Shown here in pieces: positions 39,957-50,390 of a stretch of 64,000 nt of DNA. Positions within the stretch are counted from its first letter, which is position 1, and the number at the start of each line of letters is the position of its first letter. Source of the stretch: Amphiscolops sp. MND2022 (Eukaryota); the NCBI GenBank assembly GCA_964187785.1, contig OZ076409.1:29452001-29516000 (forward strand). Direction: 5' to 3'. The notes under the pieces are model-generated. The model had not been told where the DNA came from. It worked only from the letters and a program-made list of their open reading frames with translations, and searched no databases. A program made the translations under genes and the position numbers.

Positions 39957-40825
39957 ATGACTTTCTTTTATATTGATTCATTGTCTAATGCAAGTTTAGA
40001 CGTTTATCTAAATAATAGTTTGGCATTTTTTCTTCAAGCTTTGTGCCAAATCCAATCGGCTTTGCAGAGGAAGTGAATGGGAAATTGCACTCACAGACAT
40101 TTCGTTCCCAAACCGAGTATACAGTGTCATCGACGGTTAACTCACAAATGGCTATTTTCCTACACCGACACTTCAACGATATCGTGATGTTGTAAACAAA
40201 CCAAATGCTGTCAACAACGCATTTTTAAATAGTTATCCAGACGTGCCCTTTTTGAATCAATCTCGTAATTTCAGTATTCCAAAAGGTTGTTAGACTGAAA
40301 TTCGTCAAAAATTGTTGACGCAATCAGTTCTCAAATTGCTACTTTTACAAACATGGGGAGAACAATCACGTTTGCCTACAACGAGGAAACTTTGAACCTT
40401 TCATTCACCTTTGAAGGAACGACAGAAAGACAGAGTCGCGTGTACTTCACATTTCAAAACGAAGACTTAGCTCAAATTTTGGGACTGGAAAGAGATGCTT
40501 TGTACTGTGAAGCCAACCAAATCATTGCTCCCTACTCTTATACGTTTTCACAGTTAAATTTTGTATACAGTGATTTTGTAGACTTTAGTAACCTGGGTAA
40601 TGTGAAGAATCAACTTTTCCGCGCCTTCATAATTCGTCAACGAACGAAAGAAGTGGATTTGGTTGTGATATACCTTACGACAACCGATCTTTTTCCAAAT
40701 TGCAGTATCGCATTGTTTGGTTGGATAATTTCAATTGTATACAGATTGAGTTTCGAGACATGAAAGGAAAGCTAATTCCATTTACCAGTTTGGGTCTTGG
40801 ATTTTTAAATTACCATTCTCGCAAA
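39957..40825 (+). pseudogene. Polinton/Maverick-like minor capsid (penton) relic
   Basis: MTFFYIDSLSNASLDVYLNNSL...PNPI...EWEIALTDISFP at the N-terminus and FVYSDFVDFSNLGNVKNQLFR...NFNCIQIEFRDMKGKLIPF at the C-terminus follow the Polinton penton pattern; frameshifted. Confidence 0.68.
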
Positions 40826-40879
40826 AACATGTGCCTGCAATTTTTGAATGAGAAAAAAAATTTCACAAACAAGTTTTTT

Positions 40880-41113
40880 CTAAAGAAGATTTGAAAACAT
40901 CTGATACAATTCAAAATCCGTCGTTACTTTAGGTGTGTTATGAAACAAATTCCATGCAAAATAAATACAGTAAAGACCAAACAAGGAATCACCCTGCTTT
41001 ATTGTAGTGTTCAAGGGTAGGACGATTGTTGTTTTCTGTTCTGGTGGTGGCAAGTACCGACATTTTAGTGCAAAAATTTTGGAAATAACTTGTAGCAAGG
41101 CTGCACTATCCAT
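40880..41113 (-). pseudogene. Possible Polinton adenain-like cysteine protease C-terminal relic
   Basis: DSA...KQGDSLFGLYCIYFA resembles the Q-x-S-x-CG-x-YC-x-x-F motif; tail-to-tail with the penton-like relic. Confidence 0.45.
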
Positions 41114-41493
41114 GTTTTAACACTTTTTCTGTATGATCAAAACACTTTTCGTGTATGAATGGTTGAATACGTTTTCAACCACAACAGTGTCTGATTGTCC
41201 CCCCTCAATGTAAATTCCCGAGGACACAAGTAGCTGAAGTTTTGACAATGTAGTGGTTGGCAGCCTACAGCTCAAGCTTGGCCGCACCGTACTTAGCTAG
41301 AGTGACAGGCAATTTTTTGCTGCCGCACACGATTGGTTTGAGGCGTCGCTCTCCTAGAGGACCTTGCCAATGGTGCAAAGAGTGTAGGCCTTTGATCTAA
41401 TTGCTTGGGTCTAATGGAATTAAATCTAACTGTTAGGTCTACCTTTCAGATCTAATTTTATCTAAAATGTTAGGTCTAACCCCTTTATGATGT

Positions 41494-41736
41494 TCTGAAA
41501 GCGAAAATATAATGTGGGGCATATGCGATGTATGCACGCTCGCCCACACCGTCGCAAAGACCAGCTCCCACAACGATCGCTTCGCGATATCTGTTCCCAC
41601 TAGGTCTTTGCTCCTGTTCGGCCTCGCTTAGCATGATGGGAAAATAGGCGGCCCTAAGGGGCCGCGGGGCACTAGAGGAAATGGGGACAAATCCGAGGCA
41701 CGTTTTATACTTTATATCACTTTTTAGTTTTAGATC
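41494..41736. repeat. ~250-bp GC-rich hairpin-forming dispersed repeat, copy 1
   Basis: Reverse complement of 46899-47144 and 42041-42217; partial copy at 44896-44947. Confidence 0.85.
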
Positions 41737-42040
41737 CCAAATGACCTTTTTTTTCTCAAATTCGATCAAATTAGAAGAGATTTTGGACCTGTTTATTTAT
41801 ATCAATATATTTAGATCTCAGTTTTGCCCCCTCTCTTAGATCTATTTCATTAGACCTGATTCCACGTAGCCTGGTGCAAAATACCAGAAAATTCCTATCG
41901 TCGAATTAGAAGCTTCGTCGTATTGTCGAAGTCCCATTGTCGAAAGACTTTTGTCGGAGTATTTGCGTCGATGCAAGTGGTAAATCACCAAAAATACATT
42001 TGCGTCGCATAAAACAATTTTTTGTCCCTCAGTTGGTTAT

Positions 42041-42217
42041 GCCCTCATTTCCTCTAGTGCCCCGCGCCACCTTGGGACAGCTTATGTTCCCATATTGCTA
42101 AGCGATGTCGAACAGGAGCAAAGACCTAGCGGTAACGCAGATCGCCTAGCGATCGTAGTGGGAGCTGGTCTTTGCAACAGCGAGACCGAGCGTGCATACA
42201 CGGGATATGCCCCACAT
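42041..42217. repeat. Hairpin-forming dispersed repeat, copy 2 (inverted relative to copy 1)
   Basis: GCAAAGACCTAGC...GATCGCCTAGCGATC...GCTGGTCTTTGC...ATATGCCCCACAT. Confidence 0.85.
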
Positions 42218-42419
42218 TTCAGTTTGTAGATCTTATTCCTTCAGATCTCAAGCGGTGGAGATCTCAGGATATTGCGTGAAGGATGTCCGTTTTGTAGAAT
42301 TTGATGATCCAGTTTGTAGACTTTTATTATCCAGTTTGTAGAAAATATCTACAAACTGAACCACTTTGGACCAGTGTGTAGAATTCTAAAAACTGGACTT
42401 CATTCGGAGGAGGCAGTAA

Positions 42420-42740
42420 TGTCTGTCAATGAGCAGTTGGCTTGCTGCAACTTGCGAAAATCTAATGCTTCTGGTGTTTAAGAGGTTGCCAGCCACGATG
42501 AGACTGATTTTGCGTCTGCAGGTCTAGCCCAACGACAAGCAAGACCTTCTGTTGAAGTACGTATCATGCAAGTTCCTGTCACCGACATCGAATGTTTTGG
42601 AACGTTTCTTTAGCTCAGCCGGAAGTGCGTACCATGAACTGCATCAAACTCTACTTCCAATGAAGCTTGAACAGCAGCGTTTCGTGAAGTTCAACAAGAA
42701 ACAATGAGATTTGTCCACTGTTGATGATTTGGTTAATCTG
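42420..42740 (+). pseudogene. hAT transposase C-terminal (dimerisation domain) relic
   Basis: YVSCKFLSPTSNVLERFFSSAG...LLPMKLEQQRFVKFN matches the hAT PTS-x-x-x-ERxFS motif. Confidence 0.7.
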
Positions 42741-43599
42741 AGTGAAAGATTTGATCTCGAATTAATGGCTTTTTTGAATTATTTTTTGCAACATTTTTAG
42801 TTTTTAGTATTTCTGCGAAAGCATGAATAATATTGAAATTTCAAGATGTCTACTTTTTTCAGTAAAATTTTTCGCACGATACTGAATAATGCAGTTATTT
42901 TGTTCAGCAGTGACTATAAGCGTGAGAATTAAATTTTAGTGCGGTGGAACGAGCGGGTGGTAATTATGCAATCGTACGCTGACGTCATTGAGATGAAATG
43001 AACAAATGTCAATGATTATGCTTTTGTACGCCGAGTCATTGAAATGAAGCGAATGAGTGTTAATTATTCGTTCGCGGAGAGCTTCGCCTGCATTCAAATG
43101 CGAATGCGAAACTTCGTCTACGCTTAGTATTTATTATTGCTTTAGTCCAAGTTTTAAAGGCGGTAGAAACTGGTACAGTGATTAATTGTGCGCTTAATAG
43201 TGATTAAAGAGGAGTGTATTGGTATTCCAGATATGATTCTCTTATTAATGAAAGATTAAAGCAGAAATATTAGTGTGCCCCGGGGCCTTATTTCCAATAT
43301 TTGCCAATTTTTCATTGGTTAAGAGACCAATGAACAATTATTTGGTTTATGAGATTTAAGAACCAATTATAATTGCCAAATTTTTATTGGATGCCCCTGC
43401 TTTCATTTGGAATATGTTTTTAAGTTCGTTTTTGGGACTCACTGTAACTGCAAGGAGACTCTGCTTTTGACACCGAAGAGAATTCCATCTGCTCGCCCTT
43501 TGTGTAACATGGGCACATAAAACATTATAGATAAGGATAGTAGACTGTTAGTTTGTGAATAAGTTCACGTAACAGGGTGTACCGCCTGAAGGCCGTCTA

Positions 43600-44760
43600 C
43601 GTAATCACACCGCATATTATAAAGGCTCATTCTACAAAGGATTGACCCCATAGTAAATTCAAAGCTCCCGAAAACACAAATCGGCTTTCGCTGAGGAAAA
43701 TCTACTGTAGACCAGGTTGGTCTCCTCACTGGCAGAATGGAAAAATCCTTTAACGTCAAGAAAAAACAGGACTGATTCTCGTGGACCTCACCGCTGCCTA
43801 TGATACCGTCTAGCGGAAAGGGTTGCACCTCAAGCTGCTAAATGTAATTCCAAACCCTGACCTCGTGGCGTTCATAATGGATACTTTGGCGCAAGTAGTT
43901 TCGTCTTTGGCGCAGTTTTGATCGTTTCGCCGTAACCACTACTGATGGAAAGCGCAGCAACAGAAAGTTCCTGATAAATGGTCTCCCACAAGGTTCCATA
44001 CTGTCCCCAATTGTGTTTAACATATACAACCACGATGTCCCTGAGTCAGAGCCCAATCAATATGGCTACGCTGATGATCTTGCGATGTCCTATGCCCACA
44101 AGAAATGGGAACGAATTGAAGAAGTAATGTCTGCAGATTCTGCAATCCTGTGCGACTACTTCGAAAAATGCCACCTGACCATTAGCTGGAAGAAGACAGT
44201 AGCCATATTGTTTCACCTTAACAATAGAGAAGCCAATGGCCAGATAAACATCACAGCTGTCCCCACCAGAGTCTCAAAATCAAACCCAATCCCACCTACC
44301 TTGGTGTTGTTCTTGACCGTTCCCTTATATCTGACCCACACTTAAAGCAACTGGTAGCAAAATGTAATTCCCGAGTTGCCCTTCCCCTGAAATTAGCGGG
44401 GACAACCTATGGCGCTACCGCTCACACATTTTGCCTATCCTCGCTGGCTTTAGTGTACAGCACTGCAGAATACTGCTCACCCAATTGAGATCAGAGCACA
44501 AACGTGAAGAAACTAGACACCAAGTTGATCTCTGCCATGAGAAATGTCACTGGTTGCGTAAAATCAACGCCCACAGAGTGCCTTTCAGTGCTAAGCGGTA
44601 TCATGCCTCCCTCCCTGCGACGTGAACTGGCGGCCAAAAACATAGCTAAGAGAGTCATGAACGATCCTATTCATATCATGCACGAAATGCTAGGTTACGA
44701 ACATCGGTTGAGATTGCCATCACGACATCCCATCTATCACAACCTGCAGAGCGCTACAGA
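43600..44760 (+). mobile_element. Degenerate non-LTR retrotransposon RT fragment, I-group (Ingi/Vingi-like)
   Basis: QIGFR*GKSTVDQV, VDLTAAYDTV, NGLPQGSILSPIVFNIY, YADDLA, LALVYSTAEYC; several stops/frameshifts. Clade assignment from motif style only. Confidence 0.8.
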
Positions 44761-44769
44761 TGGTAAAGG

Positions 44770-45070
44770 GTCACTTGGGGATTCCGGACGTTTCGGCAAA
44801 AGACGTTTCGGCAGAAACATTGAGGCGAACGTTTCGGCAAAAAAATATGCTGAAACGTCTCAGGCTAAAACAATTGCCGAAACGTTTCGTATGATATGTG
44901 GGGCATATCCGGTGTATGCGCGCTCGCCCTCACCGTCGCAAAGACCATAGGGGCGAGAATAACATCTAAGGAATAACGTCTAAAGGAATAACGTCTAAAT
45001 TTTACTCAATTTTAAGGAATAACGTCTAAAGATTTAGACGTTATTCCCTTTTTTTAGACGTTATTCCCAA
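44770..45070. repeat. Short tandem/inverted motif clusters (ACGTTTCGGC; GGAATAACGTCTAA) typical of non-autonomous DNA transposon ends
   Basis: ACGTTTCGGCA x3 plus inverse; GGAATAACGTCTAA x3 plus inverse; the latter recurs near 46795 and 47195-47335. Confidence 0.65.
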
Positions 45071-45229
45071 TTTTGAAGTATTGTTTCTTGTGCTGAAAAG
45101 TTCTTCTCTTGCTCTTGTTTCGAGGATTGAACTATGAAAGATTCGAAGGCCTCGGAATACGAGCAAAAGTCTATGTGTCTGATGGGTATTTGTACCTAAA
45201 TCGGAAAAAAACGTCCAAAATATCAAAAA

Positions 45230-46777
45230 AAGATGAAGAAGATAATCAATTAACCTTCGGGATGTGGCAGTATAAATGACTTTCTATCATTGATTCAAGA
45301 ACAAAGTAAATAGTATAAATAGAATTGACACAGAAGGAAGGCAGGTGAGGATTGCAGGGTTTTATAAGTTAATCGATGCTTGCACTAAAGCTAGCCAACG
45401 CATTTATCACATGCTTGTTTTCGCAAGTTAGCAAACCAACTAGCGTTTCGACAATGTTTTGATTTTGAAGCTCCTTAATGAAACACCTTCGGTGTTCTTG
45501 ATATGAGACACAGGAAAATAAGAAATGTGCACTATCATCGACAACTCTACAATAGGGACAAATATCGGTTTTGCTCTTTTTACTTCTAAATAATACCTCG
45601 CGTATTTCCAAATCATTCTTTAGAACACGTAGCGTTTTGACAGAAACTTTCCTAGGATATGGTGCAGGCATTTTCATGATGCTGTTTCTTACTTTAAGCC
45701 CTGAGTAATTTGAGTATAAAGACCTTGCTTTATTTCTCGTTGCCATAAGTGCCTGCAATACTCATCCACCTCCTTCTTAAAAGTACTGACTGAGGGTTGT
45801 CTAGCATATTGTATGTATATTGCCTTAATTTCGTCGGGGTCACGATTTACAATTGAAAGTTTGTGTACCAGAAATAATCTCACCATATTGAATTGTTGGG
45901 GTATGATTGCTAAATTACCTGGGTTTAGAATATCTGCACTTCTAGCAGTTGAATGTAGAAACATTAAAACTTGATTAGTGTAGAGTAGAGAAGGAGGCCA
46001 AATATTACTTAAAACACTGACTACGTGTTTCGATACCTGGTAGTTTCTTATGCCAAAGATAGATTTATGAACACTCCACCACATCTTGTCCAGATATGTC
46101 GTTTTTTGATGAAACCATATAGTCATACAGTACGTTACACGTGGTTTCACATATGAATCAAAGATACGTACAGCGTAAAATGGATTTAATCCTTGCGTTA
46201 TAAGTATACTAGTTTCTTTCCAGAAATTAACCACTGAGGCAGAGATAATGGCAGCATGTGTTTTGAAACTCAAATCTCGCTCAAACCATAGGCCCAGTAT
46301 TTTACTTCTCTCAACAAATTTATAGTCGGACTGAAAAACTTCCTTTGAGAAATTTATATGTTCAGTTTTGTCTTCATTCAGCACCTGTCTCCATTTGTAT
46401 GTATAGTTTTCCGCCTTTTCTAGAGTTGTGCACAAGTTTTCTTTGCTTGAAAGAGAAGTACTGTCATCTGCATACTTATATGTGAAGTCCGCATCTTGGA
46501 GGAAACCCTTCATATAAAATATAAACAAAAGTGGTGACAGTACAGCACCCTGAGGTAAACCATTAGGAGGGACAAATGACATGTCGATAAAATCATTGAC
46601 TTGAATACTGACTTTCCGATTCGATAAGAAAGATTTTATAGTAGCTAACATTGGACCATTTAAACCACTGTTTATTAGTTTGCTTAGCAATAAAGTTTGA
46701 TCTACGGAATCAAAAGCTTTCTCAAGATCATATACTGTTGCTATTGGTAAATTTTTGCTATCAAAAAAACTATGCAA
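45230..46777 (-). mobile_element. 5'-truncated non-LTR retrotransposon (LINE), copy A: RT and C-terminal zinc-binding motif
   Basis: YDLEKAFDSV, GLPQGAVLSPLLF, YADD; C-terminal CPYC-x7-H-x4-C; 1-nt frameshift near 45715. Confidence 0.9.
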
Positions 46778-46898
46778 TTACGTCCGAGAGAAGGAATAAC
46801 GTATAAAATCCAAAAAACGCCCAAAATTTTCGAAAGTCATGAAAATACGACTGAGAAACGGGAAAAACACATGAAATTGGAAAAAACAAAGTATTTTA

Positions 46899-47144
46899 GA
46901 TCTAAAATTAAAAAGTGATATAAATAATAAAACGTGCCTCGGATATGTCTTCAATCCTTCTAATGCCCTGCGGCCCCTTGGGGCTGCTTATTTTCCCATC
47001 TTGCTAAGCGAGGTCGAACAGGAGCAAAGACCTAGCGGAAACGGAGATCGCGAAGCGATCGTAGTGGGAGCTGGTCTTTGCGACGGTTAGGGCGAGTGTA
47101 CATACACCGCATATGCCCCACATGTTTATATTTTCGCTTTCAGA
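46899..47144. repeat. Hairpin-forming dispersed repeat, copy 4
   Basis: GCAAAGACCTAGC...GATCGCGAAGCGATC...GCTGGTCTTTGC...ATATGCCCCACAT. Confidence 0.85.
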
Positions 47145-47494
47145 GAGCCTTTTTCGAAATTTTGGACGCTAGTCTCAAAAAATGATTTCTTTGAGACGTT
47201 ATTCCCGTTTTGTATTTAGATGTTTTCCTCAGACGTTCTTCCCGCTGCCACGTATTTTGATGATTTTTTGACATTTTAGACGTATGTGCCAATTTTAGAC
47301 GTTAGTTATTCCCGTTGTTTTAGATGTTATTCCCAATTTTGAAGTATTGTTTCTTGTGCTGAAAAGTTCTTCTCTTGCTCTTGTTTTGAGGATTGAACTA
47401 TGAAATAATCGAAGGCCACGTAATACGAGCAAAAGTCTATGTGTCTGATGGGTATTGGTACCTAAATCGAAAAAAACGTCCAAAATATCAAAAG

Positions 47495-48902
47495 AAGAAG
47501 AAGAAGATAATCAATTAACCTTCGGGATGTGGCAGTACAAATGACTTTCTATCATTGATTCCAGAACAAAGTAAATAGTATAAATAGAATTGACACAGAA
47601 GGAAGGCAGGTGAGGATTGCAGGGTTTTATGAGTTAATCGATGCTTGCAATGAAGCCAGCCAACGCGTTTATCACATGCTCGTTTTCGCAATTTAGCAAA
47701 CCAACTAGCGTTTCGTCAATGTTTTGATTTTGAAGCTCCTTAATGAAACTCCTTCGGTGTTCTTGATATGAGACACAGGAAAATAAGAAATGTGCACTAT
47801 CATCGACAACTCTACAATAGGGACAAATATCGGTTTTGCTCTTTTTACTTCTAAATAATACCTCGCGTACTTCAAAATCATTCTTTAGAACACGTAGCGT
47901 TTTGACAGAAACTTTCCTAGGATATGGTGCAAGCATTTTCATGATGCTGTTTCTTACTTTAAGCCCTGAGTAATTTGAGTACATAAGACCTTGCTTTATT
48001 TCTCGTTGCCATAAGTGCCTGCAATACTCATCCACCTCCTTCTTAAAAGTACTGACTGAGGGTTGTCTAGCATATTGTATGTATATTGCCTTAATTTCAT
48101 CGGGGTCACGATTTACAATTGAAAGTTTGTGTACCAGAAATAATCTCACCATTTTAATTTTTTGGGGTATGATTGCTAAATTACCTGGGTTTAGAACATC
48201 TGCACTTCTAGCAGTTGAATGTAGAAACATTAATATTTGATTAGTGTAGAGTAGAGAAGGAGGCCAAATATTACTTAAAACACTGACTACGTGTTTCGAT
48301 GCCTGGTAGTTTCTTATCCCAAAGATAGATTTATGAACACTCCACCACATCTTGTCCAGAGATGTCATATTTTGATGAAACCATATAGTCATACAGTACG
48401 TTACACGTGGTTTCACATATGAATCAAAGATACGTACAGCGTATAATGGATTTAATCCTTGCGTTATAAGTATACTAGTTTCTTTCCAGAAATTAACCAC
48501 TGAGGCAGAGATAATGGCAGCATGTGTTTTGAATCTCAAATCTCGCTCAAACCATAGGCCCAGTATTTCACTTCTCTCAACAAATTTATAGTCGGACTGA
48601 AATACTTCTTTTGAGAAATTTATATGTTCAGTTTTGTCTTTATTCAGCACCTGTCTCCATCTGTATGTACAGTTTTCCGCCTTTTCTAGAGTTGTGCACA
48701 AGTTTTCTTTGCTTGAAAGAGAAGTACTGTCATCTGCATACTTATATGTGAAGTCCGCATCTTGGAGGAAACCCTTCATATAAAATATAAACAAAAGTGG
48801 TGACAGTACAGCACCCTGAGGTAAACCATTAGGAGGGACAAATGACATGTCGATAAAATCATTGACTTGGATACTGATTTTCCGATTCGATAAGAAAGAT
48901 TT
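47495..48902 (-). mobile_element. LINE fragment, copy B (same family as copy A), interrupted by Gypsy element 2
   Basis: Collinear with copy A at an offset of ~2,266 bp; frame open from 48902 to stop at 47634. Confidence 0.9.
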
Positions 48903-49617
48903 TGTAACGATAAGCGCTGGCGCTTGAACCGCAACGTAGAGTGGAGGAACTAGAACAGCGAATATAATCCGGGACTTAGATCTCCGCGGCCCTAGCTCAT
49001 TCTCCCTCCGAAGGAGCCAGTCCCAAGGTGGGGGAACCGTCTTGTTGGAAACTCTCTGGCCTGGTCCTAGTCTGTAACTGCTAAAAGTAACGGGCATCTT
49101 GCATGTCTCAAGACCACTGCTCAATTAGCCTTTAAAAAGGGGGCTGAGAACAGGAGAATGTTGAGCCATAGTATTGGAGAATCTGATAAAATCGACATCA
49201 AAAAGGGTAACTACAGATGTTAAATGGGCAGCGCTCGAGCATATCAATCTACTACAACAAGGAAAGCACAATAAGCATAACAATATCAGAAGTTCGAGTT
49301 ATCTAACAGGAACGAATCGACCATGGCTTCCCAGCGCTAGCGCTCGTCACCGCACAGGACACCGCAGGATCTTCAGGCGAGCATCTGGAACACCGGTTTC
49401 TGTTACCTATGTAGTGTAAATGCCAAAGATGGGCACATCACCGTGTTCTAGGGACTGATTTCTACGTCTTCTCTTCTCGTCGTCTCTCGCGGGGGGCGAT
49501 TTCTGATTTCTGATATGCTTTTTTGACAGGTCTTTCGTCTGGAGCATGTTTGAGTGCCACGTCAGATTTGAACGAATTTTTGCTTCGAAAATTTTGACAT
49601 GGGCAGTTGCCGTTACA
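48903..49617 (-). repeat. 3' LTR of element 2 (715 bp, partner not in window)
   Basis: Perfect 7-bp inverted termini TGTAACG/CGTTACA; length close to the element 1 LTR; adjacent PPT. Confidence 0.85.
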
Positions 49618-49630
49618 TCACTCCCCGGGC
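49618..49630 (-). other. Polypurine tract of element 2
   Basis: Minus strand GCCCGGGGAGTGA directly before TGTAACG. Confidence 0.72.
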
Positions 49631-50390
49631 TTCTGGCTTGTCGTCCCTGGCAAGCGGCATCTGGCCTCGTCTGGAAACGGCATCGCAGTGACTGCTGGGA
49701 ACCATCATCCACACCACAGGGGACAAGGACGAGTCCTTGTTTTTCAGCAACTATTTTTGTCAAATTTCGCGGTTTTTTTCAAGGAAAATTTTACTGCCTG
49801 GGTATTTGTACAAAAATGCAAACGAGGTTTTAGCACCAGCTCGAGGGCTCAGGTTTTCAGTCGGTTAAAACTCGTCTAAGTAAACAGTTTTCGCTAAAAA
49901 CTCTTTTGCGACCTGGGTCAGCTAAAATCTCTTTTTTTATGCAGTTTGCCATTTACAGTTTTCAGTCAATTTCGGGCAATGTAAAACTTCTTTTGGGAGA
50001 GCGCAGACTTGCCTACTCCTCAGACAGTCGATAGAAGATGTTTGAACGAAAAATTTAGAAAAAACAGCTAAAACTGTAACTGAAAAGCTAGAACTTTTTC
50101 TCGACTATGGCAACTCAAAAACACCGCGAACGGTGCGCAACAAAAATAGCAGTTTTTCTTTGGTAATGGTTTCTTTTTCAATTTTGTAGGCCAAGCAGCT
50201 GGGGCAGGCGCACTCTATTGGCCGTACACCCAGCGCAATACTAACAACATACTAACTAAGTAACAAATAACTTCTAACAAAAATTGCACCTTGTATGAGG
50301 TAGCACCAGTTAAGGCTATAAGTTTGAGGCAATGAATTGGCAGAGTTTGGAGTTCAATAGGAGCGCGAACGCTCCAATTGACGGCAAGGT

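Noticed and set aside
44770..45070. CRISPR-like array of short repeats
   Set aside because: Repeats are 10-14 bp, irregularly spaced and in both orientations, in a eukaryotic context with no cas genes.
47634..49124. 496-aa ORF as a novel LTR-LINE fusion gene
   Set aside because: The first ~70 codons are LTR sequence fortuitously in frame with the interrupted LINE RT.
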